DNA of 64,000 nucleotides from Haplodiscus bocki. Taxonomy: Eukaryota. The notes under the pieces were generated by a model. That model made no database searches, was not told the origin of the DNA, and saw only the letters and a program-made list of their open reading frames with translations. Numbering within the stretch: position 1 is the first letter of the stretch; the number at the start of each line of letters is the position of its first letter. The translations under genes were made by a program, and so were the position numbers. This document shows positions 13,421 to 26,605 of this stretch, in pieces. The stretch is from the NCBI GenBank assembly GCA_965655095.1, contig OZ296651.1, positions 76,508,001 to 76,572,000 on the forward strand, in the 5' to 3' direction.

Positions 13421-15379
13421 TCCACCCAGAAACTTGTTCATTTCATTTTGCCAGAGAAGGAATTTCATGTTTCAAAGTTGAAAAATAACTTTATTAAACT
13501 TTTTCATCATTTTATTCGCAAATTGAAATTTCATGATCAAAATATTTTCATTCTTTTTTACCGCAAGTTTTTTCTTTCAAATATCTGATAGTACAAAAGT
13601 TTTGTCTTCCCCTAACCGTCCCCATCATGATTGAATCATTGTTTTGGTGGAAGCTTTGTTTCTCTGTTGAATTTTCGTTCACGTTGAAATCTGTTAACCT
13701 TTTAATGCTCAAAACTGCATAATTGACGAGCATCCTATTAATTAGATTTTGAAAAGAATCAAAACTTTTTAGACACTCTCTTTTGAATCAATATTCAAGT
13801 GTTCAAAAGTTTTTCACTGCTTAAACTTTTTTCATAAGCTGTCTGTTTGTTTTTTCAACGAAAGTGTAGATGACTTTGGTTTTCAAAATATTTTTTGTTC
13901 ATACAATTTGGGGTATAGTTTTTGTTGGCCTTAATTGAAAATTTGAAATTTTAGGCTTAGGTATTTTTCTGCTCCATTTTTGCCAAAGAAGGGACCTAGC
14001 AGTTTAACCTCTACAACATTGCCTCGATAAATGAGGCAAAATGCTCATAAAGGCAGGTATTCACAATTCCGATAATAATATTCGGTTGCACAAGTCCGAA
14101 AAGATTTTAAACAAATTGAAAAAGAAATCAGTATCGAAACCGGTACCTTGGGTAGTGCACGAAGGGATCATGCGTGCTCTCATGGTATACGCTCGAGAAA
14201 TATTAATTGATGCCCTCAACAATTCGACATTCGAAGTATATATTCACTACATTATAAGTGGGTTTGATCATGCGCGCGCACCTGAATTGTTCAATTTTGA
14301 TTGCTTTTATTTAATTTAGAGCTAAATTTAATTTATTCTTCGGACTTGTGAACTAACAAACCGCTCATAAATGATAATTTAGAGTTTTGTTTCCAAGATT
14401 GCGCCCAAGAACGTGCAGTTTTGAATATGTAAGAAAAATTAGTCGCTCAGCAGGGCCATTTTCTATTTTCTTTGCTGCTTTTTACCAAAACCAAGGTAAA
14501 AATCATAAAATTTGTTTGTTTTTCGGCAGTGAGCAAAAGATAAAGATTTCCTATGCAGTAGGTCTGGGTTCGAATCTCTCCCTTGCCATACAATTTAAGG
14601 TCTCCACTGAAATCTGAAATATAGCAGAAAATCCGTTGGCAGAGTGAGTAGAAAAACAAGGTTATAAAGCGCTTGGTACCACTTCGAGTCATAACATCCA
14701 CCTACACTGTTTTTTACTTTTTCATTACATTTTTCAGAATTTTTTTACTCCCATCGATGTTTCCTTTTTTAAAGTTCCGTAGAGAAAAACTTGTGGAAAA
14801 AACGTTCAACTCTATTATTGTTCCACAAATTGCGGAGGTCACGCAGACTTAGTGTTGCAGATTTCTTACCACCCTGTATAATACACATATACCTTGTGAT
14901 ACCGAATACAAATAACCCCGACATAGAGCAATCCATATCTTTTGACAGCGGGTTTTATGTTTCCAGAAAATTTTGTACATTTTTGGATGATTTTGGCTGC
15001 ATAATAACTTTATTCGATTTATTCTAGTGTTCGCTAACAATTTGGCCTCTGTTCTTGAAAGGAGCATTCGCTCTAAACGTAAAAAAAACAACCCTTTCTT
15101 CTTCAAACTTTTAGGAAAAATCAAAAAACTGTTGGACCGTCCGATGACTTTAGATTTTCCTTATATATGTCCTTTTCATCTTATGTATAAAACTTATTTT
15201 CCAATTCGGAAATTTCACTTTCTTTTTGGTAGATTCCATCCTCGAGTACAGGCAATTTGATTTCCTATTTTCGTCTCTAGTTTTTAAGCAACCACTTTAA
15301 AAAACAAGCTTAGAAAAACAATTTGGCTTGGAAAACTTCGTTGTGTACGTTGTGTAGAACCTACAATCAGAGCAGGCTG

Positions 15380-17345
15380 GAAAACATGGAAGTTATTTTC
15401 CTCTTAAACCACCGGCTGGATTTCTTCCGTCAAAATCCTTAGAGGTTTCTACTTGTTAAATATCTTTCCTTATTAAACAACCGCGGCTCAAACAGCCTGC
15501 ATCTGAAAAGTGAAGGACAACAGCAGGCAGCAGTTTTTTTCGAAATTCAAACCCACTTTTCTTGCAAACTATCAACTGATGTTCATCAAACAACCTCTCA
15601 ATTGACGTTTGTAGGCAATTAAAGTGGTATTGTGTAAATACTTTCGTGCCTGTTGACCTTGCAATTAGAAATACTTTTGAATGAATTTGAGAAAATCTCT
15701 TTTCACGGATGGCTAAAAGTTTTTTTTAAAGCACTAGCTGAATTTCTTCCTTCAAGCCCCAAATCCGTAGCAATATACTCGTCAAATAGTTCCGCGATAC
15801 AAATCCGCTCAAATTCCCTGCATCGTTTGAACTCACAGACTCAAGTAGCCAAAAAGTTCATAAAGTCAAGATTTTAATCTAAACGCAAACCTGGTTTTCT
15901 TCCTGTTCACCGGCTGCATTTCTGCCACCCGTGTGTCATTTGACCATCAAGTAACTTACAAGAAAAAACATTATAAATTCATGCCTTTGTATCACAGGAA
16001 GTGGAAGCTAAAGAACCAAACTTGCCAAACTTATCAAAAAAAATTGAAATCTCTCTGAATACAAACTCAATTTCTTCCCGACCCACCGGCTTGAATTCTC
16101 TCGAAACGGTCTCATTGAACAGATTTTCAGACGCGCAATGTCATCCTAAATAATGTTCTAGCATTCGAACTTAAATGTTCCGGGAAAACTGAAAAATGCA
16201 AAGGACTCAGGTTTTTTTTTCAAGGAAAATCAATCCTGTTTTTCTCCGAAAATACTCGGTGAATTGCATCAAGGAGAAAATCAATCAATTTTTTAATACT
16301 TTAGAAAGTTTACTCGACAGCCAAGCCAAACGTTGAATTCAGTTTAATGCAAGTTGATTGACAGAACTTTTCAACAGTTGCATCTTCATTTGATTTGTCT
16401 TGCAAATCGATCTCGATACCTTTCAAAACAACTGTCCTACTTTTTCACACAAGATGGGCGTCGGTTTTCTACTAGTAGCAGAACATCATTCAATAGAAAT
16501 ACTGGGGAAAACTGTCTAAATTCCTTGAATTGGAAGTTTTTCAAACAGAAAGAACTTCAATTTGCGTGGGTGCTTGTTTTTTTTCTGGAAATCGAATCTT
16601 TTTTTCTCCAAATCACTTGTTACATTTCAAACATCAAGATGTCAGGCGAAAATTCAAACCCTCCATAACGCTACTCAATTGCCACAGAGTACGTTTCCAT
16701 CAACGAAACAAAGATTTTTCAGGTCGAACTTGTAAAAAAAATGCGTGTTCGTTCGATTCGTGTTGATGTTCAAAATCGGTTTCCTTCAAAATACCTTTCA
16801 GATTTTTTTCCATCAAGGTCAAAACCGACAGTTTTGTTTTCTAAAAAGTTGATGCCATCGTCCTGTTTTGCATTATCCACCCTGTAACGAAAACCTTTTT
16901 GGCAGAAACTCCCAAAAAGTTGTCTTAGGGTAAAGCTCCGTACATCGAAATTAACTTTTTTTTCCAAAACAACTGGCTGCATTTTTTCATTACTGTGCCA
17001 ATTGACAATTATTTTTGGAAACAGTTTTCAGGAGTGAAATGTTGTGTTTCGTTAGTCTCTATGGAAATCTAGTTGGCTCAAACGGACAATTTTTTTAGAG
17101 TACGGTTCTCTTCTATGTTCCAACTCATTTACTTTCAAAACTATCAACTTCACTTCTTCAATCAGGATCTCATCGCACATGTTTCCTACGTATAACAATA
17201 CTCGATAACTGTTTTGTGGTATACGTTGCCTGCATTGGCACAAAATTGGTCAAAATTGGCTGAAATTGTGATCTCTAAGGGCTTTCGTTTCAGTCAAATT
17301 TTTCTCTAAATCTGTCAGCTGCAGTTCCAGTATCAGGGTCTCACT
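15380..17345 (-). repeat. Ancient degenerate tandem repeat, ~175-bp unit, ~11-12 copies; coding-like on the minus strand (~58 aa)
   Basis: Plus-strand anchor ~TTTTCTCCAAAACCACCGGCTGCATTTCTTC.ATCAAGA recurs near 15411, 15734, 15909, 16085, 16254, 16429, 16614, 16792, 16971, 17148 and 17313. Minus-strand peptides: MQPVVLEKK, ILIEEVKLIVLK, LILELQLTDLEK. Confidence 0.6.
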
Positions 17346-17688
17346 AGACAGTTTCTTTTCTACCGAAAGTGATTCAGAAAAACACAAATGGACCCTGGTT
17401 TCTTTACTTTTCTTCCAATCCCGTTGAATTGATGAAACTAACAAATGCAGGAAAGATAATTGTCGAAAACCTTCGAAAACTGAAGTCAAAACAATCTGGC
17501 CGTTTTTCAACGGGAATTTGCGAAAGTTGCTCATAAAACAATGCATTTGGCGAAAATTATATAATTTGGCGTTCTTATGTTTTATGCAACAAATCTGTTA
17601 CCATAAGTGACGTTTATTAGTTATTCAAGTAATGCATCTAAGAGATGTTTTTGAAGAAGAGGAGCTGGGGTCTTTTCCAGTATCTCCA

Positions 17689-20600
17689 TCCCCCCCACCT
17701 TCCGCAAATTAGCTCCTCCACCCTCACACCAAAAAATTTAAAGAACGGTAGCATAGCTTTCCGAAATATAAAAAATGAATAGTCATTACTCTGTAGGGCT
17801 AGGTTTCTCTCGTTTGAAAATGGCACATTTTAGCGTTACTCATAACATAAAACTCATTGACAAATAGAATGCAATTCAATTTAACCTCAAAAACAACGTT
17901 TTATGCATCCATTTTCAGACAAATTCAACCAAAAGAGGAAACTAAATATCAATCAAGTATCGAATAGTGAATAGATAACTTCTGAAGTGGTTCTGTTGTT
18001 GGTGGAAGAAGTTGCACAGAGCCGTCTTTCTTCAAAAAAATTTAGTTCTCGTTAGATTCTGTACAAAACGGTTTTTTTGAAAATTCTCAGTCTGTTCTGT
18101 CATTGTCTACACCTTTGGTTTCACCTTCAAAAATTTTTTCTTTTCATTGTCAGCTACTCCAGATTATTGCTTTGCGCAATACTACCCGTCTGGTTTTTCC
18201 TTTATGTGGCGGACAAGAATATGTAGTTACTCTATCTGGTTGGGGCACACTCCCCACTTCATCAAGCCGCCAAAGCTTTCACTAAACTTCTGCAGCAGTT
18301 TTGCGAAGACGCCACGCTCATCGAAAACCGAAATTATAGTCATTTGGCACACTATGGAATCTAGGAAAAATGTTTGGTTGTTCTGATAACATACGGTGAC
18401 CTGTGATCGTTTCAACAAAACGAGGGCAAATGTATTCTGTAAAATCTCATTTTACAATGTTGTGAGTGCTGTTTTTCGAACTTTCTGAGGTTTCGCTCTG
18501 GTTGATGCAGGTTCTTTACATGAAGGCGTTGTTTCTTGGTGTTCCTTTTGTTGGAATCTTTTCTTTTAATGGTTGTTTTGTATTGATGTTCTTGTTTGAA
18601 ATGGTGTTGGAGATAATCATGGCGTAAAAATAAAGATTCTTTTGTTAAAAGCCGGGCATTTTGGATGTCTTTGGAGATTTTCGATAAAATCTGAAAATCT
18701 GTTACGCACTTTCAGATAGAGTTCGAATCCGATTATTTGGTGTAGCTTGAAGGGAAGTTTCGAAACTCCACGAAACAATCAGATCATCCATAGTTAGAGT
18801 TAATGCGGTAAACTACTTTTGCTCAGTGGACTCAACGCAACCAACTCTGCGTTTTTGTGAGCAGTTGTTGCGGAAGCAGGCCAAATGCTCATTCTAGCAA
18901 TTATCATGACAGCATTGCTTCTGTGTAGTTCAATTGGAGGCGTTTGGAAAAATTAGTGACCGTAAAGAGATCGCGCCCTACAGTTGCAGTCAGCACGCCG
19001 TTTTGCCTGCTCTTAGGATAGAATTTTAACGTTTTCCCCAATACGAGCGTTTGTTTTCATGGCAATGGGAAGAAAAAATATACCATTGCGATGAAATTGA
19101 TCATCAAACTGGCAATTTTATCGCTCTTCCGATCTGTCAGGTCCAGACTTTTGTTTTTGGCAGCCTGCTTCATATTTGCAGAGTTGCAGTTGCAGCAAAA
19201 AAATCAGATCTTGTTATGTCTTGCAATCATTTCATTACCGCTTGAGCCAGTTGCCCCAACAATATCTAATGTATTATTCCCAAAGGTTGCAAAACCGATT
19301 CTAATGAGAAACAACGCAGAGCGCGGTTGTCGACAAGATAAAAATTGAAGTTCAGCCGACGACATTGCAAGGCCGAGCTGAATTAAGAACGGGCCTCTCA
19401 ATTAATTCGCTGCGGTAGGCATGGAGTATGACAATTTTTTAAGACTAGTGGCCTTAAATGAGAGCAGGTTTTTTACTACTGAAAAAATTAATTCTGTGAG
19501 AATGTGTTATATTGTAAAGGAGTTTTAGAAAAAAAATATTCAACTTGCATATCGGGAAAATTTTTCCTGAAACAGTTGGCCGGATCCCTTGAAACTAAGG
19601 TTATCCTGATTGTTGATCTCATTCGTCAAATTGTTTTATCAATTGAAATTGTTTCAGTCGTAGAATTTAGGTTCGTCGGCATATGAAAAACATCTAGTAT
19701 TCCTATATCCATGCCACCGAGTCTTTGGGTCAGGCATCCAAGAGACCATGGCTCCAGAAGAAACGTAATACCAGCCTTTTCATCCAGTTGCTGCCATAGA
19801 GAAGCATCAAAAGATCGTATTTTTTGCTCGTGGCTGATGATTTTTTAGTGTGCAAGAGATAACTGTCCTTACAGAGTATAAGATAGCTCCTAAGTTGACT
19901 AAATTCGTTTTCCAAATCTATTTCACATGAACTTCGTCGAAATTGTATAACATTTTTTTATGATGACAATCTAGCGCTGAAAAATGCGATCACCAATACA
20001 AGAACTGAGGAATCGGACACCAAAAGAAGGCATGCATTTCATCTGCGGACAGAAATTTCCCATGAAATGGGGCCAAAACACTTTTTGTAAAAGTCATGGA
20101 AAACCAGAAAAAAATTCATCGGTTTCTATCGTTTTAAGAGCGTTTTGAGTTTACTGGTTTGTGCCAATGAGTGTTCCATCATTGCAGTACCAGAGAGTTA
20201 GATACAGAAACTTTGCTTCCGTATGCGACTTGTAACCAAGGATGAAGCTTCTGCAATCATTAGGGGACAAAGGCGTTATCCTGTTCGACACAACAGGAAC
20301 TCTCAATGATGTGACAGTCGTAATCAAGCCCCAACGGTTGCCCATATCAGAAGTTCCTCTATTGGAACACTTTAGGATGTTGATCCCGAACATGTGCATG
20401 GAATAATTTAATTCAAACCATAATAAAAAAATTTGTTAGGTTGACTGTAGCAAGCACCCTTGAGTCGTTTTCATGACGTTTACCAACCAATTTCCTCATT
20501 GCTTGAAGTCCAGATTCACGGAAATTTTTGACAAAACGCCGTTTTTTCCGAAAGCAATCTTAACCGACATTCTTGTACAAGATGACATGCTAATACCTTG

Positions 20601-21700
20601 GAACAGATTTATCGAAAAAATTCGCCGACTGAAAAGCAATGGATTCCCACCTCTGGTTTTCTTGAGTGCAATAACGTTTGCCCGAAAAAAAGACAACTTA
20701 AATATTGTTGGTTCTAAGCCTGTTGACAGCACGTTTACTTGGTTAGTGCAAGAGTTTCTTGTTTTGTCTGCGAAAGCTGGTACAGGACATTGGAAGGTTT
20801 CCTCAGGATGATCAAAGTGGAGGGCAGACCTTCTTGCCGCAGTTCTTTTTCGACACCAGAGAACGGCATCCAAGATCCCACTAATAGTTGGTATCAGAAT
20901 GTGTCCAAAAAACACATACGGAAGCGAAACTGCAATTTTTGACGGATTCTTGTCTGTCAACCAATCAAACGTTTCATTTTCATTTAATGCAGTCCTTGAG
21001 GAGCTCCGAAACTCAGCAATTTTGCTTTAGTTGCCTTCGCGTGCCACTGTAATGCACTGTCACGGGTTGTTTTTTTCATGGTTTCATATGTAAGGTCCTC
21101 TTTGAGGTTTAGGTCAAACTTTCAACACCGCTGCCATGGCTCCTGGATATCTGCTTTCACAGCAAGAAAATATCTTCACAGAATGCTAAAATGCTTTTTC
21201 TTTTTCTCTTTTCAGTCGGTTATAGTCAACGCAAGGTTCTGTGATGCATCATTATCTGGACTTGGATTGAAACTGAAGATACTGAGGCCGGCGTAACAAT
21301 CTGATTTTTTGCATAAACTGGTGCAAAAGTATCAACCATTTTTGAATGAAAGGGGACTGGGAATAAAATTTATTAGATTGGGTGGTATTCTGCAATGGTA
21401 CTAGAGATTGTTAAGACAACTTTGTCTCGAATTGAAAAGATTGCTTTGACATCAGTCGGCCGGACATTTGAGGGCACCAACAGTGGCACCTAGATTTAGC
21501 GTACCATTCGTCTCAACACGGCAACCACTGATTCGGTGAGATGTGAAGGGGAATTATGTCCTGTAAGTTTTTGCAAAGTATCAATTTTAAAAAAAAACTC
21601 GGTTAATATTTTTGGAACAGCCCCTGATGCTGCTTGTCAAATTTACTTCTCTAGAAGCTTCAATTGATTGCGAGTTGAGCACTGGTACGCCTTCGTTTAT
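17689..21700 (-). mobile_element. Element C: 3' remnant of an LTR retrotransposon (integrase C-terminus, glycoprotein-like ORF, PPT)
   Basis: GPY-like motif (RGPYI) near 21090-21120. Broken Cys-containing ORF from 20960 (hydrophobic N-terminus YVFFGHILIPTISG...) to ~18900. Polypurine tract GGAAGGTGGGGGGGA (minus, 17703-17689) is followed directly by TG. Confidence 0.5.
18900..20960 (-). pseudogene. Degenerate env-like glycoprotein, resembling chuvirus/gB-type (class III) fusogens
   Basis: ORFs 20960-20496 and 20399-20151, plus the segment AATG*KGWYYVSSGAMVSWMPDPKTR..YRNTRCFSY (~19800-19680), which resembles the 'G.GY....GE.....KC......R....CY..LP' block of chuvirus-type G proteins. Recognised by eye only. 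Confidence 0.35.
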
Positions 21701-24700
21701 TTCAGTAAACTAATTGTATGATTTCCTCACCACGTTTTCTAAATATTCGAGTGGGCTGTTTGGCAAAATTATAGCAAAAAAGAAAGGCATAAATCTCAAA
21801 AAGGAGTCTTTGTGCTGTGGTCCGAGAAACAAACCGAGGCAGCAAGTTCAATGTGTTCTCCCTCCTGCATTGCAATTTCTCGTATTTTTGTTTCGTTCCG
21901 TGCATTCTAGCAGAAAGTGAAATAAAGCGCCACATTTTTAATCCAAAATCGATTCAGATTGATTGGAAAGCTGGTTGGTTATGCTCTTTTGAAAGAATAT
22001 TGAATCGAATGTGATCACAAGAGTAAAATACCCCGCTATGTTTCGCGACGCCTTAATAAGGCAGTTAACCTTCCTAATTTGTTGAAACTTTCGTTTGCGT
22101 TCAAGTATGCTTTAGATATACGTCTATAGAAAAGGAAAGATCTCACTGAGAGAAGGGTGTCGTTACCTTTGCAAAAACTTGGGGGGGGGGCAAACGGTCC
22201 TCCTTGGAGATTATCCTCATAATTGGCAAGTATACAAGAAAGTCAATTAATTTTTTTTCAGTTTTTTCAGTCGGAAATCATCAGAATAGGATTTGCACAA
22301 AAATTAGGTTGACTCAAGAAAAAGATGTAGCTCACTTATCAGGATTCTAGGAGCTAACTTGCGATATTTTAGCCAAACACAAAGCTTATTGAGAATAAGA
22401 ATGCAGGTTTAATTGTTGTCAAGGTAATCGTTAGGGAAATTAGTTTTTTTGCTGTAGGTTGTGGAGGAAATCTGCAAGAGACCCAGGAGAGGAGCTGGGT
22501 ATGAGGAGGAAGAAGGCGAAAGGGTTTGATTATTCAGGAATAGCGCTGGCTGAAGAAGCACTGCTGTGAAGATAAAAACTTAACGTTATTGCTGAAACAT
22601 GGGACATGAGAACAACAAGGAGAGTAAGAGTTTTTTCCAGCATCTCGTTTCAGGCTTTTGCGAAGATGCCTGTGTCCCCTTTTGTGATTTTTTAACTCGC
22701 TTACTATTCTCAAAGATTTCTTTAGAGTCATTGTAAAAATGTCACAAAATAGTTAATATATTCGTAATGAATGAGTCATCCCATTATGAAGTAGCGATTG
22801 TTCTTCCACATATTTCCTTGAGAAATCTTATAAGACTCAGCTCAGAGCTGTTTGGGCCAGAAGTAATTTTTGGGGGAAATACTGCAGAAGATCCGAAAAC
22901 AATTAGGTGCAAGGTCAAAGAGACATCAGAGGCCTCAACAGTCGGACTTCTTTGCTTTGTTCTTTTTGTAATCAGCTCTTCTCTATTCATGATAGTACTT
23001 ATTTTTGCTTACGAAGAAATGTTAATGATGTAAGATTTTTTCTGCTGATATTCCAACGAATTTATCGTTACTGCGATATTTGGGATCTTCAGTACTTTTG
23101 AGCTCAAAGAAACGAATTTGATCGCGTTATAACACAATTGGGGTTTTGTTGATTGACTTCTCAGTTCCGTACGGGGTTAATATCGACATCGATCGTATGG
23201 CAAAGATTTTGGAAGCCATGTTGGGCGAAAACTACATGCACAATAACGCTCCAGCAAAAGGTAGAATCAGATTGCTCAAAACAACTTCGATTTTCGAGGA
23301 AAAACATCATCTGTAAAATTGCGGAAAATGGAGAATGATTATCGTATGTTTTTCTCAAAAATTGAGCGTTATTAGTGGATCCGAGCAGGACCAGAACTGT
23401 TGAAGCACCGAATTTTTGATAATTTTTTAACGAATCTGTGTTATAAAAATCATTTTTTGAAAAGGTGTTTCTCTCGGAATTTTTCGGCTTCTTGCGATAT
23501 TAGAAACGAAATGGAGTAGAGAAAAAGAAATTGGAATACGCAAAACTTGCCAATACCAAACATTTCAGTGTGGAGAAGTGTTGAGCATTGCAGATGCAAA
23601 CTACTACTGGCCATAGCATTATTCCTTTGGTTTATCTTCGCGTCCTTGAAGTTTTCGGCTTTTGAGATTCACAGTTGACATACAGATAGTGATTGAACTA
23701 ACTCTTGGCCGAGTATTTTCCTCAGGGAGTGTTTGTAAGCTATGTTCCTCAGCAAGTGCTCGTGTGCCGACCATAAGCTCAGCCACATGTATCAAAAACG
23801 GTGTTGATTTCTCCATGTTGACACAACGCTTCTTCGAAGCCCTCCTGTCACACCATCGCTGGAAATCAACTAGCAAGAAATGAAACCTTGTTTCAAGTAT
23901 AGCGGTCGTCGCCGCTGTTAATAAACAACAACAGCCAGGCGGCGCGCAAATATGACTGGACACAGCGAGGCTCCAATAAAAAAAGGCAATTTTATCAACA
24001 ACACGGGGGACTTACTAGAAACTCAGGTACCCTCAACTCGCCTAAAATAAAACAAACCGTACGAAAAAATAAACAATTTTCTGAATTAAAAAACCCTAAT
24101 CTCATTTTATTTTAATTTAATTTTATATTATCTACTCAATAACTTAACAATATCCCCCAAAAAGTATCCGTCTGTTTTATTGTTATTTATTTGTCATATT
24201 CTCCTAATTTCACTTTCATGCAGTTTCAATATTACGCAGCTCTTTTTCTTATCTGATAGACATTTAAAACATTCAATCTTCGTTCCCCCTTCAGTAAACT
24301 TTGAATTTTAAACAAATGCGGGAACCCACCTTACAATTTAAACGTTGAAACGTGTCAGTTGCTTCCTTATCTAACCCGTGCCCCCCTTATTGCTTGTCTT
24401 TTCGATCTTCCACAAAGCCGAAACACTGAGGGAGCCAGAAGTTACAGACTCCTGCATAACACCTCGAACCGTCTTGTGAGCACCACTAGAAATAGCCAAA
24501 CAAAAAACTTGTAACTCCCGTAAAAAAGATTCTGAACTCTCCTCTCTTGAAAACATAAGATTTATTCCTTTTTTATATTTATTCTTTTTCTTAATTAAAA
24601 CTATTTAAACTCTAAAACAAGTTTTTAACTTGAGCAGTTCCAAAAGAAAAAAAGAGAGAAAAGCACAATCAAAAGAACCTAATAAAACAACCGTCCGCGC

Positions 24701-25667
24701 AACTGAGAGAACAATAGCAAAGAACCCTTGTCATGTGTTTAACAGCAAAAACCACGGTTGTTAAATTGGTTACAGGAGTGGGATTTGCTAGTTTCTTAAG
24801 AGTAAAATCATTAAATTAGCGGGATTTAGTTTCAAATTTTTCAAACTGCTTTGAGACTTTCTTCCCGGGACTTGTACTGCGCTAGCACTACTTGCTCTCC
24901 TTAGCGAAAGATCACCGCCGTCGGCAAATAGGGCCCATAGTCTAAAGAAATTCACTGAGCACGAGCAAATATGTATTTTTTGTTAAATCTTCACCACAGA
25001 ACGGTTAGTTTAGTTCACTGAAAACCAAGTGTACACTTGCGAATATGTTAAACTGTCGAATAATCATTAACATTTCGTCACTTTTGAATCCTCCCTAGTC
25101 CATCAGCAGACCTTCGGACCGCTTTAAAGTTAGATTTCTTAGTATCTAGTTTTCCCCTAATTCAGCCCCATGTTCAATCAGCATACTAACCAACTAACCC
25201 TTTATATTTTGAACGGTACCCCACCAAGCGATCTGCCTTCCCCGGTACTCACAAACTGAACGGTCCGGTCCACATTTGGACTCGAGTTTCGTATGTTTAA
25301 CGTTGGTTTTTGCGCTTTGTGTACTGGTATTGATTTTCCTGAAAGCTTTGGGTCAAGTTTTCATGTTGACACACCTTGAGAAATTTTCTGAAAGTTGTTC
25401 CAGAAAAACTTTCGAAAATTGAGAAGTGCGATCACGGAAAAACAGCTTAGTGATTTGAGTTTTTTTCGGTAAATTAGTCAAAGCAGCACTTGAGTCTTAT
25501 TTATCACCCCGTACCAACATCCGGCGAGCACCAATAACTTCGGAAACCCTCGTTTCTTTGACAGATTGAAGGCTTTGAGTTCACGCACCGCTTCACCAAA
25601 CTCCAAAACCCGCTGGTAATTTTACATCTACCCAATATTTAAGTTAATTGGAACATTTTCTCCAGGT

Positions 25668-26420
25668 GTGTCATCGATACCAAATGCGCCAAAAAGGCCA
25701 TTGGTTATCCCGTGTTACCCCTGTCAGATAGCCCAATGTCGTATTCCTGTGAAACATCAAGTCCAAAACACCCCGTTGCAGGCCCCAAACAACTCGAAAC
25801 TCTTGTTGCACCAAAAACTGGAGGACTCCACTACAATTACCATTCAGGTCAGATAAAAATTTCTCCCAACTACGCTCCTTCAACTTTAAATAGCACTTCT
25901 ACGTCCGTACTCTCCACCGCGTTTTTATCGAGATTGGGTGAATTTTGCCTAGCGAACCTCGAAAATCTTGGACCATTTCACGTAGCAATTGAAACTTCCG
26001 ACATTTCGGTAACAACTCGTCTCTACCTCTTGTCAGAGCATCTCAAGTTGCATCTGAACTTTTGAGTGCAGATCGCAGAACGCTTGATGTCACGTTATCA
26101 AGAAGACAATCGTCATTACGTCAATTTTCTTTGGAACTCACCAAGTAACGGCATTTTGTACAAAAACAAAATCGTTAGAGACGGATACGGAAACCCTATT
26201 AGACTTTTTGGTTACAGGTTTTAGAACGTTCCGCAAAGTGACATTATCTTGAAGTTTTTCCCCCCAAGCCCAATTGGACCAGTCTTTATCGGCGTCTTAG
26301 TGAAAACCAGCATTTATTTATCCACGAACCCGTTAACGAACACGTTTTTGGTGAAATGACTGACTATCTCGCCAAGAGCACTGAATAATAACTTGACAGT
26401 TTCATCTTCTACACACTGAA
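25668..26420 (+). pseudogene. ORF0 upstream of gag, unknown function (~250 codons, broken)
   Basis: Pro/Ser-rich start (SSIPNAPKRPL../SDSPMSYSCETSSPKHP), then globular-looking sequence reading through a stop (...EHLKLHLNF*VQIAERLMSRYQEDNRHYVNFLWNSPSNGILYKNKIVRDGYGNPIRLFGYRF). Confidence 0.45.
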
Positions 26421-26605
26421 TCGTTTTGAACTTCGGAAATGCGAAAGTAGTGGATTGTGAAATTGAGCTAGGTGCCGCTGAAGAAGAAAAAGCTACAGAA
26501 GCAGGCCCCCAAGGGCCTGGAATTTCCACCAAATCCAATTCAAGACCTGGAGTGGCCTCCCACAGAGCCGACAGCTCCGCTGGCGGCGCACTTGGTTTTT
26601 CAACT

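Noticed and set aside
15380-17345. CRISPR-like regular spacing
   Set aside because: Anchors are highly degenerate, the period is ~175 bp, the context is eukaryotic, and there are no cas genes.
23900-25660. 5' LTR/PBS of element A
   Set aside because: No matching repeat found after 36554, where the 3' end runs into a satellite-like repeat, so boundaries are not called.
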